From NCBI GenBank assembly GCA_008632985.1, contig QPGO01000038.1, forward strand, positions 87,939 to 151,938: DNA of 64,000 nucleotides, read 5' to 3'. Positions 47,676 to 62,520 of this stretch are shown here, one piece after another. The stretch's first letter is position 1. Every line of letters begins with the position of its first letter. A program made the position numbers and the translations under genes. The DNA comes from Psammoneis japonica. Lineage: Eukaryota. The notes beneath the pieces were generated by a model. It was not told the DNA's origin and ran no database searches. It saw only the letters and a list, made by a program, of their open reading frames with translations.

Positions 47676-50600
47676 CTAGATTAGCATGAACGCAACGCTA
47701 ACGATTACACCAAGCGCAAGAACCATGGAATGACGGCTTGCACCCGACGAGCCCCCGCCAGACCTCGACCTGTGATTGAGGCAACCAAACACAGTAGAAA
47801 TCGCATAGTTCTGACTAGGACCTTCAAGATGAGCCGCCGTCACTGTAACAACAAATGAATCACCATTGGCGGCCTTGAACCTTACGCGCTCCACATTGTT
47901 GACACGGTCCTTTTCACTACGTCCATTTGGATAATGAGTAATCTTTTCTCCAGAGACAGTCGTTTGTTCGACAAGGAGATCCAAGTCATTCATTAGACAG
48001 TCCAAACATCCGAGCGGACCAGGCAGGTCAAACCAAGTGATTGTGGCGGAGAGTTCCGCATCGCTGCACGTCTTGTTACCTGCCTCTAGCACAAACGAGT
48101 ATGTTTTGGTTTCTCCCTGATTGACGGTTTCACGATCGACAAAACCAGCAGTCAAGTCATTCTTTCCCGCAAGAGGCAGAGAATCAATCAAGCTGAGCCT
48201 TCCAAAACCTTGGCGGGCGTCTACATCGTTCAGACCGTAATTCTCTAGAGGTTGCGCTCCGTTAATCAAAACGGCCTTTGTAAAAGCAAGAAAACAGACG
48301 AGGTGCGTCAATGAAATCAATCGTACAAGTAGCATCATTTAACACGTTGCACCATACCTTGACCAATACACCAGATGGCTCAAAGCCAGACGCGCTGCCC
48401 TTACTTCCGTCTCCATGCCATCCTTCCATAAAGTATTGACGAACCAATGCGGCGCTGCCAGCCAAAACTGGAGTGGCCATGCTCGTTCCCTGCTTGGATG
48501 TGATTCCGTAATCAGGATTTCCCGCTTGACCCGGGCCTGGAAGATCTCCCTTGTTTGGAGGGTCGCACGATGGATCGACACGAGCACCAGCAGACAGCAC
48601 GTGTGCACCCGGCCCTACAATGTCCGGTTTGATTCTCTCGTCCATGGTGGGTCCCACGCTCGAAAACGACGCCAGGTCGTCAACTGCGGTCTTACCACTG
48701 GACAAAGACGTGCCTGCGCTATTGCTTGCACCAACTAGAGCGAGCCAAGCAGCAAAAAAAGAATAAAAGGAAACACGCTCTTTTAGGCACACGGCACCAT
48801 GGGGAACCAATACCGCGAAGAATACAAAGCCATTGACTTACCCGAGAGAACATTTTTAGACGATGCTGGAGAACCCACAGTTTGCGGATCGGGCCCAGAA
48901 TTACCTGCAGCAATGACAAGCAAAAAGGATTCGTCTGAATAGAGAAAGGTATCAAAGTCGCGGGCTTGAGATGTGTAGAAAATCGAAGCGCTACCCCAAC
49001 TAGCAGAATGAATTCTTGCGCCAGCGTCTTTTCCAGGTTGCAAGAGAGTACTAGCACCAGGAACCGAAAGACGTCCTAAGATATAAAATAGAATCGACAA
49101 GTCAGCATTGAACACATTGACAACAAATAAGAACATATGCTAATGCATTCATTCAGAACACCACACACTCTTACCTTGCTCATCATCCAAGCCAATGTCA
49201 AAGAACGCCAATTTCGCATCTTTGGCAATACCATCCACAAATCCGTCTAAATTGGTTACGCCATCGTCCGACCTGCGTCCCGCAATGGTTCCACATACAT
49301 GTGTCCCATGCCCATTCACTACCTCGCCAGCATTAATGTAGTCCACGTACTGCACGACCTTGCGCCTATCCGGGTCGAAGCCCTATGTATGGTATAAGGA
49401 AACAAGACGGATTTTAGAAACACCAAATTGAGAACTCTTCCCATATACAACAGCACAACAGCGCAACTGTCAATACATTGCACTCACAGTTCCAAAATCA
49501 ATTGTTTCATCATCTCGAAAGTAGCAATTGTCTAAATCAAGACCCGTGTCGGACACGGCAATCACCTGTCCGTCTCCGGTAATGCCAACATCAAAAAAGG
49601 GCGTATCACCATCGGTACCCGACTGTGAAATCCACTGCGCTTCTTCGTTTCGAGTACGAAAGGCTTCTCGACGTTCGATATAACACGTTTCCGGCGCGGC
49701 CGCGAGTGCAAACGTGAGGAGAATAAAGCACGTTTCCGGAGCCGCACCCGCCTTGGCGGCATTGAGAGACAAAATACTGTAATCGGCTCCTCCCTGTTCG
49801 ACTTGAACATTGTTGACCAACAAATCGTCGCAAAAGTTGGGTCGAGTCTGTAAAATGCCTTGAAGAGTCAACAGATTATCCTTGTACCCCTTGGCTTCGG
49901 GCAACAACACAAGTTGCTCAATGTAGGGGACGGTACCGGCTAGAGCATCGAGTGCCAACTTGGTATAATTGGTACTCTCATCCAAACCTGGACAAAAGTA
50001 AATGGCATACTGAAGTACGTCGCCTTGCTCAAAGTCCGTAAAGGAGACTGCGCCCGAACTAATCTTCATGAGAAAACTTACGGGCTGTAAAATGAAATCA
50101 CCAAGTTCTGCGGCTCGTGTTCCATTAAAGGAACCGAGATAACAGGTAATGTCGGGTTCGTTGTAAACCGTAGCCAGATAGTCTTGTAGATTGGCCGTGG
50201 CTGGATCGATTCCAAGTGCTTGGGCCACAACGTTGACTTTGCGATCGGCAGAAGAGGTTGGGTTTTCATCACAAATGTAAAAGGGCCAGGTCTTGCCGAC
50301 AGTTTGGTCGAGCGCAAACGCTTTCTCCCAATTATCACTTGCGTGCTGTTGCCACTCTGTATAAGATATAGTATGGTTGTGTGTGTGTGTAAGGTATTGA
50401 ATCAAAAGCAAAAAAAGCAAGATTGGTGAGCATACATACGATATTGTAAGGTTGTATGAGAGAAAAAAAGCGCAGATGAAGTGTATGATGTAAACATACA
50501 ACATCATATAACAACAACCCCCTCTACAGTAGTACACACCTTCCTCTGTAACACCACCCGTCGTTCCGTCCTCCTCTGGACTGACAAGACTGACAATCAT

Positions 50601-50738
50601 TTGTTGGAAAAACTCGAGCTTCATGGGCTGGGCAGCACGATCTGTCTGCGCCATGGCAACACCAGACAAGTGATGCAGGAGCCCTCCTGCAAACGCGAGA
50701 AGCAGAGAACGACGGCGAGACGAATACGATACCATCAT
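47676..50738 (-). CDS. Subtilisin-like S8 serine peptidase (KP-43/TagC-like), six exons, signal peptide and hydrophobic GPI-like C-terminus
   Basis: Catalytic VSDTGLD, GHGTHVCGT and QGTSMATP; also AAGNSG, IKPDIVGPG and NNVERV. GT-AG introns at ~50357-50539, 49383-49487, 49076-49174, 48735-48841 and 48276-48357. Confidence 0.92.
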
Positions 50739-51185
50739 GATGGCTCCACTTCCTTGTCTCGGTTTTCTTCTTATAACCGAATGAGATACTTTGTACCAAA
50801 CAGACTCTTTGCAACAAATAGTCTAAAATGGTATCTTTGGCTTGCAATGCGACAGCGCAGAAAAAATCGGGAATACGAAAATCAATCTTGCCAAAAATGC
50901 CGATCGCATATCTTTGATTCCTTCGATTGAAACGACCAGATTTTGTTTTTTCGTCCAGATTTTCTTTTTTTCTTTTTTTTTCGAAAATGCTATTTTTTCG
51001 ATTTTGGACGGACGCCGTTCAGACCACGCGCACACAACATAAACAGCCAGCCAGCCACACAAAAATGCCGCTCGTCTGTCGCAACAACGCACACCGCACA
51101 GCCGCACAACAAACAACAGCGGCAGCAGCAGCAACATCACTAAAACATACAACCTATCTGTAGCAACCACCCACAATTCTATACC

Positions 51186-53064
<1,879 letters not shown>

Positions 53065-53302
53065 GGATAAATAATATTGCATCAGTATAATAGTATAAGG
53101 CAGGCTTATTGATTCGACTATGAACAAGGATTGTAGACTACTTGGTTCTGGAGAATAGAGATAACAGCGAACCCAAATGGTGCGACATTGCGTCCAAAAA
53201 GATAACTACAAAATCGGTCTACAATCTTTCGAATGCAGTGGTGCATGGAACTCCATCGCAAAGTGCTTTCCTTTCGTGCTGCACATTATAAGCAATCGCA
53301 CT

Positions 53303-54895
53303 TTATTTGATACGCAGGACGGTCATCTCGCGCTTGTTCAAGGAGGCAAACTTTGGCTTGTTGGAGTATTTTTCAAACGTTTCAAGTGCAGCATCTCGGA
53401 CCTCTTCATCCTCTAACTTGCTAAAGGCTCTGTATTCGCATGGATAAATTGGACCCAAGAGACGTCGATTGAAATCCATGACAATAGAGCACGCATTGGA
53501 AGTGATGCCCAGTTCGTGTGCGATATCTTCATTCACCTCGGTGAGCAGCGCATACTCATTCAATGGACAACTCGTACGCTTTGCTTTCCATTTCTCAATT
53601 GCATCGTGCATGATGGAGCGATCAGGAAGAGATAGTTGCTTTGAAAAGATTTGGGCAATCCACCTGGATTGAATTTCAGCAGTCGGAAAGGCACCGCCAA
53701 TCATTCGAAACATGCAAACAAAGGCAATGGTTGAATCGGAAGGAACCATTGTGTGTTTGTAAAGCGCAAGAAACTTGTCTTTGCCAGTATCCACCACGAT
53801 ATTTTGGACTATCGAGTCGGGAAGAAAGCTCAAGTTGAGTTCATACCCAGTAGCGCTTATGATGATATCAAATTCTTGGCTAGATCCATCTGTAAAGGTA
53901 ACCATGCGGCCCTTGGAAGATGCAGGCAGAGGTTTCAATGTTAACTCTCCGGATTCAATATATTTGTTGTATGGAAGGCGGCTTATGGATGCAGATGCCT
54001 TTGAAATGTCAGGATCAGGATTGAAGCAGTCATCTACATTGGTTGGTTGCCTCCAGTACTGCTCTACAAGCGATTTGAGTCCTTGGGCATTCATTGACTC
54101 GGGTAGTACTTTCCCTAGCCAGACTGGGAGGCGTGAAAACATTACTTCATCTGCCGCACGGTACTTGCCGTTCTCGGTCAAAGCAAGAGTCTCAATGTTG
54201 TACCGTGGCTTGCGAAACGAGTGAGTCACATGGCTTGCTCTATGAAGAACGGCTTCGGTAGCAATTTCGAGACCTGAAACATTGTTTCCAATCACAAGCA
54301 CTCGTTTCCCCTTGATCTTGTCAATGACCTCTTTAAACTTGGAGCTATGAATTTTGACTGCATCACAGTTTATCAATGGACCTCCTTTCTCATTAAGCGG
54401 ATCGTGTGGATATTGATTCATGCCTTTTGCAACAACCATAAAGTCAAACGCGAGAGTTTCCTCGCCATTCTTGTCCGAGTATACCAACAGGTGCCACTTG
54501 TTATCCTCCTTCTTAGTAGCCTTCTTTACAAAGGTATTAAATTTAATTAGCCGACGAAGACAAAACTTGTTTGCATATGCATCCAAGTACTCCTTCGCTT
54601 CGCTTGCTGATGGATACAGTCCGGCGAAATCTTTTTCTGCGGGCGATGGGATTGCCGCTTCCCATGGGAAGTCGCTAAACTCCATAAGCCGTCGACTCTG
54701 ATTCATGTACAAGGACGGCCACACTGCACTCCCTGGAGACTTTAAGTTCCATTGACCACCAATATCACTGCTTGCTTCAAATAATTGTGCGTCAAGACCG
54801 CATTCGTGCAACGCCTTGGCAGCGGTCAAGCCGCTCGCTCCGGCCCCAATCACTGCAACTCTTGCTCTCGTCGTCGTACTCTCAGTGTCTGCCAT
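53303..54895 (-). CDS. Flavin-containing monooxygenase (FMO)
   Basis: VAVIGAGASGL, FEASSDIGGQW, KIHSSKF (FMO-motif variant), VLVIGNNVSGLEIA and IISATGY. Confidence 0.92.
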   Translation of the reverse strand: MADTESTTTRARVAVIGAGASGLTAAKALHECGLDAQLFEASSDIGGQWNLKSPGSAVWPSLYMNQSRRLMEFSDFPWEAAIPSPAEKDFAGLYPSASEAKEYLDAYANKFCLRRLIKFNTFVKKATKKEDNKWHLLVYSDKNGEETLAFDFMVVAKGMNQYPHDPLNEKGGPLINCDAVKIHSSKFKEVIDKIKGKRVLVIGNNVSGLEIATEAVLHRASHVTHSFRKPRYNIETLALTENGKYRAADEVMFSRLPVWLGKVLPESMNAQGLKSLVEQYWRQPTNVDDCFNPDPDISKASASISRLPYNKYIESGELTLKPLPASSKGRMVTFTDGSSQEFDIIISATGYELNLSFLPDSIVQNIVVDTGKDKFLALYKHTMVPSDSTIAFVCMFRMIGGAFPTAEIQSRWIAQIFSKQLSLPDRSIMHDAIEKWKAKRTSCPLNEYALLTEVNEDIAHELGITSNACSIVMDFNRRLLGPIYPCEYRAFSKLEDEEVRDAALETFEKYSNKPKFASLNKREMTVLRIK

Positions 54896-56488
54896 TTTGT
54901 ATGAGTGGATCTTCCTCAATCTAGAGAAACGCTCTCTTGCTTCCTCGCGTTCAAAAGCGTTCCGAGCAAGAGCGATGATTCTGCCATGGTGCGGAGACGA
55001 TAAGCAGAACGAACAACTTCTTCAACTTCAACTTTCCCGCCAGTTTCCCGCGCATTTTTGTCTGTTTGGGGGGCGTCTTTGGAAGTGAGATCGTCGAAGG
55101 CGGTCTGATCGCCAGTGCGTTTGGGGTTTTTTCCAGTACAATTTGTACGCACAAGAAAACACGTAGGATCTGTCCAGAGGTCCCAAATACCCAATCGCAC
55201 TGATTGACAGACTGTTTTAGTACAAATTCTACGTAACTTTCTTCGACAGTCTCACTTCCGAAGACGTAGCCCATGTTGATCTCTGCGCCAATCTGGGATT
55301 GGAAACTGACCCGGGAATGGCGACTGACTCGTGACTCGAAGTTTGTGAGATCATGGTGGTCTCTACCATCGCATCAGCGAGTGGCTAGAGAGTGGTTGAC
55401 GACAGCTTTTTGTCCACCTTTTATCACGACAAGGCAACACCAAAGCTTGCATTGTAACGACGTTTGTGGGAGCAGTGAATTGAAGCCAGTTGCAAGTCAG
55501 AAGAATTGTGGCACAAGCACGATGAACAAAGATCGGCTCAACAGCGAATGCTCTCCTCTCCCTCAACCATTGTGAACACTTGGACAACATCTTCTGTCAC
55601 CATGATTGTTGCCACCCATGACCTGTAAGAAAATGGGAGTGCATTTCCAGGCGAACCAAGACAATCTGGAGTCTGTTGCTTGTGTGGCATCATCAGAGAA
55701 CCTGACAGGATTTGAACAGGATTTGGGTGCACGCGAAATGTCGCGCGCTGTTTAGTTTGCCGCGCACAGTTTTGTGTGCTTTAGTTCCGCGCGTTCGCGC
55801 GCGAAGCAGTTTGCTTTCGAGCCACAAGGCTCACAAGAACAATGACAGTGGCCCGATTGTGCCGACTTGCACGTCTTTCGGCTCCTGTGACGGTCTCTGA
55901 GCGGAGACTCATCTGCCATTTAGACAGCAGCAAGGAGTTGTTGTTTGAATTCTTGCCATTTGCCTTCAATTTCTGTCAGATTGACAGTCTTGCTCATTGT
56001 CAACCCATTGAGCAACCGCCATCGTCGTCGTTGATTTGCCGACGACGCCACTTCAATTCTGCGTGGACCTCCGCATGCACTCTACATGCGTCGGCAAGTC
56101 TGCGCGTGTTCAACACCAGGCATCGGCAGGAATTTAACGTCGCCGTCAAGTCTCCTTGCCGCTGGACATCTGGATTGATTGTGCTGCCTTTCAGTGCTGA
56201 AGACATGCATTCAACGGTCACATCCAAGTCCACCCTTGATCCTCATCCCTTGATGTGCCCATTCATCAGTTGACGGTCAAGAACCCCACATGTTCAAGGA
56301 TCTTTGTCGCTGAAGACATGTGTGCACACATGTCTTCACGAAAAGGAGAGGATTTCCCAGCTGGAAGTTGCTGCTGGCTGCAAAGCTGTGTGCCCTGACA
56401 GAGATGTGAAACCAGCCACACTCGTTTTTGTTTGCAGATCACCCAGACAACACCCGACCACCTGTGCAATGCTGTGTGCAATGCTCTC

Positions 56489-57104
56489 TGTCAGGATTTG
56501 AGCAGGATGTTTAGTTCACTGCGCACAGTTTTGTGTGCTCTTCAGTTCTGCGCATGTGCACGCAACGCAGTTTGCTTTCGAGCCACAAGGCTCACAAGAA
56601 CAACAACAACAGCAGCCAGATTGCACCGACTTGCATGTCTTTTGGCTCCTGCAACGGTCTCTGAGCAGAGACTCATCTGCCATTTAGACAGCAGCAAGGA
56701 GTCATTGTTTGAATTCTTGCCATTTGCCTTCAATTTCTGTCAGATTGACAGTCTTGCTCATTGTCAACCCATTGAGCAACCGCCATCGTCATCGTTGATT
56801 TACCGACGACGCTGCTTCAATTCTGCGTGGGCCTCTGCACATGTTCTACACACATCGGCAAGTCTGCGCACGTTCAATGCCAGGCATCAGCAGGAATTTA
56901 ACGTCACCGTCAAGTCTCCTTGCCGCTGGATGTCTGGATTGATCATTCCACCTTTGATCGCTGAAGACACACATTCAACGGTCACATCCAAGTCTGTCCT
57001 TGATCCTCATCCCTTGATGTGCCCATTCATCGGTCAATGGTCAAGAACCCTGCATGTTCAAGGATCTTCGTCGCTGAAGACACACACATGTGCATGTCTT
57101 CACG
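56489..57104 (+). repeat. Second copy of LTR + 5' leader (duplicate of 55703-56340)
   Basis: Offset 764 bp, with a ~22-bp deletion near the LTR start. Confidence 0.9.
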
Positions 57105-57695
57105 GCTGAGAACTTGTGCCCACTCTTCGGACTGCGGTTTTGCTGCCACTCTGCAAGCACACCGAGTCCATTGCACCTGATCTACCCCGGACTGCTGGTG
57201 CTCCACAGTTCCACCAGGTCCACGAGGACAACTGTGAGAGCAAGTGGCCATGATTGCAGCCTGCGTTGGGGCGAGGGTGTTTTCCCGCGTTTGTTTGTTC
57301 GTCCACAGTGCCTGACGCCTGCGTCAACTGGCCAGCCTGATCGGGAAATCCAACCGACATAAAACAAGAACGGTTCGGGGGTCTTGTCCACCTCTGGTCA
57401 GCTCACCTGCAGGGGTTTACAACCCGCTGCTCCGCTTGCAAGCAACCCAAAGCGCCGCCAGCTGCGGGTTCGGACGTGCCGGCACAACTCTACGGACCGG
57501 ACAGGAAGTTTGGCACTTGACAACGAACGGGATGGCACAACCCGGCGACTTCTGATTTTAAGATAGTCCAAGATTTCAAGTCAAGTCCAGCTCAAGTCAA
57601 GTCTTTTTCAAGCCAACTTCCAAGTCAAAACTCTGAGTCAAGATCGCGCTCTAGATTGGATCCTGTCTTTTGTTTCTACTGCACCGTCCTCCGTC

Positions 57696-59450
57696 ATGGT
57701 TCTCACGCGACAGCAACAAACCAAAAGCTTCAAATACATTCTAGGCACTGTGCTCAATCAAGACGATGACAGCCCTCTTCGTTCTGCCCTGTCCATCAAC
57801 GGGATTGAATCGTGCGAGGAATTGTTCACGTTCTCACCCACCCAAATTGACGCCCTCACTTGCAGAGACGGCGCCAATGTAGTGCCTTTGCCACGGACCC
57901 ACAGAAACCTCCTAGCAGCTTTGATCAGCTTCTGCTTTCTCAAAGTTTGCAACGGTGATGATGTGACCAATGAACCCCAGTTGCTCACACCCGAGGAATT
58001 TCGCAACTGCCGCCTTGGTCCAGACTGCTTGACCTCTCTAGCCACTGGCGCAGCACCCTCCGCACCTGTGCCGAGTCCCTTGCCATCCAAACCAGGTGAA
58101 CCCAGTGCCATTTTGACACCAGCCTTGCACTGTGCCACCACTCAGGTGTCCCCCAGAAGTGGTGTCAGTCGCGCCCCGCATGTCTTGACCAACCCGCCTG
58201 CAAGCAACCACGGCCCAGTGCAGGATTGCAGCCCTTGCACAGGCCCGCACTTCGAGACCAGTTGGGACACTCCACCCATGGCTTCCAAAGCTGCAGTCTT
58301 TGCACCCCGCAAACCACGTGCTGCCAACCTTCACGTGTCGACCACTGTCACCCTTCACAGTCTTCGTTTGGGAAGTGATGGAGATGACAACTTGCTTCTG
58401 ACATCTCCTGATGGGGAGCCTCCTTTTCCCATCATTGAATCTGTTCACAACAGTTCAACCGGTTCATCAGATGGGGAGTTCAGGACATCCAAGCAGCTTC
58501 GTTGTCTTTGGATGCCTCAAGTCTCGTGCCTCGAGACTGGGCCTCCTGATTGGATGCCTCAAGTCTCGTACCTCGAGACCAGGCCTCCTGATTGGATGCC
58601 TCAAGTCTCACACCTCGAGACTGGGCCTCCTGATTGGATGCCCCAAGTCTCGTACCTCGAGACCAGGTCTCCTGATTGGATTTCCCAAGTCTCGCACCTC
58701 AAGACCAGGCCTCCTGATTGGATGCCTCAAGTCTCGTGCCTCGAGACTGGGCCTCCTGATTGGATGCCCCAAGTGTCGCACATCAAGACTGGGCCTCCTG
58801 ATCGGATGCCACAAGTCTCATGCCTTGAGACCAGGCCTCCCAAATGGACTCTCCACGTCTCGTGCCTCAAGACCGGGCCTCTGGATTGGATCCCCCAAGT
58901 CTCGCACCTCAAGACTTGGCCTCCTGATTGGATCCCCGAAGACTCGTGTCACAAGACTGGCAAGTCCTTTTGGATCCCAGAAGTCTTGCAGCACGGGACT
59001 GGTTGCCCCAATCAGACATCTGCAGCCTTGCACCACAAGATGTCTTGCTCCAACCCGATCCCCGAAGGCTTGCACCTTGAGACTCGTTTCTCCAATTGGA
59101 TCAGTCTCTCAGGAGATGCAGCTGAGCTTGCAATCGGATTGGTGGAACACAAGACCACCGCTTGTGCCTTTGAACTCATGCTTGCTCTGTTCCCCGAGTC
59201 GTGCAAACGCCATGCCGCCTGCAATGTTGCCCCGCCGTTCAACATTGTCAACCAGACCAAGCTTTGCTCCTTCCATTGCAAGTGCGGATGTGGAATCCCA
59301 CAAGATCCCAAGTGTGCCTTGAGCTTTGAAAAGCACAACGGCATCTGCAATTGGGGAGACGCAGCTCATCTCAAGATGACCCACTTGGAGAATGCAACGT
59401 TGCTCTTGGATCTTGATCCTTTCTTGTCTCCTCATGTTTTGGTGCTTTGA
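57696..59450 (+). pseudogene. Copia gag N-terminus fused, via a 14-aa repeat array, to a short pol remnant
   Basis: MVLTRQQQ..FKYILGTVL..DDDSPL..AL...GI resembles a CoDi gag start. C-terminal KCGCGIPQD...HNG..NWGDA..LKM resembles the KYGYEIPRD...NGN.KW.DA..LEM integrase-RT linker. Integrase, RT and RNase H are missing. Confidence 0.75.
58508..58975 (+). repeat. 42-bp tandem array (~11 copies) encoding WMPQVS(Y/C/H)LET(G/R)PPD
   Basis: Unit TTGGATGCCTCAAGTCTCGTACCTCGAGACCAGGCCTCCTGA; exact 42-bp period, no spacers. Confidence 0.95.
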
Positions 59451-59792
59451 CTCCAAAGTTCTTTGGTCAATCCGAAGTCGAATCTGTTTGTGTGACTCCT
59501 CAAGCAAACTGGGGAGTGACAGGATTTGAACAGGATTCAGGTGCGCGCGAAATGTCGCGCGCTGTTTAGTTTGCCGCGCACAGTTTTGTGTGCTTTAGTT
59601 CCGCACGTTCGCACGCGATGTAGTTTGCTTCAGTGCCACAAGGCTCACAAGAATGACAACAGCAGCCCGATTGTACCGACTCACACGTCTTTTGGCTCCT
59701 GGGACGGTCTCTGAGCAGAGACTCATCTGCTGTTTAGACAGCAGCAAGGAGTTGTTGTTTGAATTCTTGCCATTTGCCTTCAATTTCTGTCA

Positions 59793-60420
59793 GAACCAGC
59801 TGGCTGCAGTGATCGAGGCTGCCTTTCTCACAGTGATTTTTCCTCCTTTTGTGGGTAAAAAATCTTTGCTGGAACAGGACATGAGTTGTGTTTGTGGTGA
59901 TGACATGTTGGCTGTCACAGATGAACATTTTCATGCTGTGGGGTCTGACCCCCGCCCCCTCCTGTGTGAGGAAAACATGTTTCATGCTTCGAAACAGCTG
60001 CCAGTTTTCCCCGCGAGAGTTCACACCATCCATCCCCACAAAACTGCAAATTGAAGTCATTTGCATTGTAAAAGTTTTATTTTTTTGTTTGCTGGGGCTT
60101 GCTGGCCTGGCAGAGATGCAAGCTCAGTGGTGGAGATGCTGCTGACAGCACTCAAGTGTCCACACCGGCATTGGGAGTTGAGTGGCATCCCTGCCCTCCC
60201 CTTGCCATCAAAGAGCAACTGGCAAGAAGCTTCTCAACAAGACCCAGGCATCAAACTGTGCATTGATGCATTGAAAGCAGGTGCCACTCTCAACAAGTCG
60301 AAGCTGTTGAGTGCTGAATTCAGCAAAGAATTCCAGCATGGAAGACTCGGGACCAAAGAAGGCATCCTGCGCTGGTGCAAGGGAAGAAGAAAAGCACGTT
60401 GAGACAAATGCAGACAAAAG
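59793..60420 (+). pseudogene. Possible older LTR-retrotransposon pol remnant interrupted by the Copia
   Basis: WQEASQQDPGIKLCIDAL...EGILRW resembles an RNase H-integrase linker. Weak similarity only. Confidence 0.3.
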
Positions 60421-61699
60421 CAGGGCCAAAAAGACATGGGCGAACCATCTTCTCAACCACACATGTCTCGCCTTGTGTGGGACATTCAAGCTGCGAAAAT
60501 GCCTGCTGGAAGATTGCTGCAATCTTCTGGTGGCCAGCAATGGTTTGCCCCACACCTCCCATGCTGTGGAGGGTTCATCAATCACCACTCATGCTGCAGA
60601 GGGTTCATCAATCACCAGTTGTGGCCACATGCTGCATGCTGTTCAAAAACAACATGCACAATCATGCTGCCAGATCTCCTGAACACAAGTCACCAACAGA
60701 GCTTTTTGCAAATGTCCAAGTCAAGCCCCCAAGTTGCATCACCTCCACTCCTTTGCTGGATGCCCTGTGCATGCAACAAAGAACAAGTTGCAGTCAGGCT
60801 CTCATCCTCTAAAGTGGGAAACAAGAGCACACATGGGTGTGTTTGCCTTGGACCTTCACTCAGACACACCAGATCTGGCACTTGTCCTTGACCTCAAAAC
60901 AGAGGGCTTGCTTCTCCACAATGTCATGTCAAAATTGATGACCCATTTGAGGCTGTCAAAGGCTCGTCAATCATTCCTCAGAGTGCCTGGCAAAAAATGG
61001 TGTGTTGCTTCAAGAAAAAAGCATGAGTCAGATTCTCTCCATGAACATTGAGACACAAGGCAACTTCAGCTCCTTCTCAAGATGTGTTGGACTTGCCACC
61101 AACTGATGGCGGGGGCAATGCCAATGATGCAGACTCACCTCTGAGCCACACAGAGTGAACAACAACCTCTGCTTTGCCAAATGAGGGAGGCTTGTAAACA
61201 ACAAGTGCCACTTCTGAAGCTTCTGCAGCTGACTCAGGATCACCAACACCACCAATGGTCACAACACACTCATGCTGCAGATGGTTCATTGATGGTGCAT
61301 TTGCAGCATGGACCAGAAACAGTGGAGAGAAACTCATGCATCCTCCAATGGGTCCCCCCCCACCTCCACTCTCTGCCTCTGCAGTCTTTCTGGATCTAGA
61401 CATGAAAAACTGAGAATTCAAATGTCAACAAACACATCAAAAACCAACAAACCTCTTTTTTTGCACATGCCTTGTCTGAAGAGTGTCATTTGTGGCAACT
61501 TGTGATGACCCCAGATGATGCAAAATTCTGACATGCGTGATTGCACCAGCACTGTGGAAAAGTTTGCAATGTGTCTGTGCACACACAACAACACAACAGC
61601 TCAGCATTCAGGATGGATTTGCAACAGCACACTCGAGACAATGAAACTCAAGATGCGCCCCAATCAAAACCCATCTTGACCAACCAGAAGGACAGCAGG

Positions 61700-62520
61700 T
61701 CTCACCATGCAACGTTTGCAGGGCACACATGTGCACAATGTTTGAAAGATGCACATGAGGTGCGTGTGAGGTGTGCAAGATGTGTGCATGTGGTGAGAAG
61801 CGCGTGTGTGAGGTGTTTGTGAGGTGTTTGCCAGGAGTGTGTAAAATGTGCATCATGTGTTTGCAAGACATGTGTGCAAGCTTTGTGCAAAATGTTTGAC
61901 AGATGGGTGCAAAACATTTGAAATGTTGCATGCAAGAAGCACCACAAATGTGTGTGAGGTGTTTGCAAAATGTGTGTGCAAGGTGATTGCAAGATGTGTG
62001 CAGCGCATGTGTGTGAGGTGATTGTGAGATGTTTGCCAGATGTGCACAAAATGTGTGAGATCTGTTTTTGAGGTGTGCACAAGGTGCGCATGAGATGTGC
62101 TCATGATGTGTGTGAGATGTTTTTGAGATGTGTGTGAAGTGGTGCATGTGAGGGGTTTACAAGATGTGCACAAGATGCACACAAAAAAGTTTGAAAAATG
62201 TGTGCAAGGTGTGCAAGAGGTTTTTGCAAAATGTGCGCAAGGTGTGTGCGTTGGCACTTGTGAGATGTGTGCAATGTGTGTGTGAGGTGTTTGTGAGATG
62301 TTTGTGAGATGACATGTGAAACACTCAAAAGATGTGTGAGATGTGTGCAAGGTGCTTGTGAGACATGTGCAAGGCATTGGCCAGAGGTGTGTGTGCAATG
62401 TTTGAAAGATGTGTGCAGAACATTTGGGAGACATGCGGGAGCTTTCTGCCAGACATGTGCAAAAGTGTTTGTGAGATGTGCATCTGGTGTGCAAGGCACA
62501 TGTGTGAAGTGCTTTTTCAA
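61700..62520. repeat. Degenerate TG/CA-rich low-complexity array (GTGTGCAAGATGTGTG-like units); similar sequence at 63760-64000
   Basis: Imperfect repeats of TGTGTGAGGTG / TGCAAGATGTG / TGCAAAATGTG. Confidence 0.75.

Larger units (their letters stand above)
55703..59792 (+). mobile_element. Non-autonomous Ty1/Copia (CoDi-like) LTR retrotransposon with 5-bp GAACC TSD and a third, internal LTR
   Basis: 276-bp LTRs TGACAG...CTGTCA at 55703-55978 and 59517-59792. GAACC at 55698-55702 and 59793-59797. PPT-like AAACTGGGGAG precedes the 3' LTR. Extra LTR at 56489-56742. Confidence 0.93.

Noticed and set aside
58508..58975. CRISPR-like array (also considered for 30266-30448 and 43-460)
   Set aside because: Head-to-tail tandem units without unique spacers, no cas genes, and a eukaryotic context.
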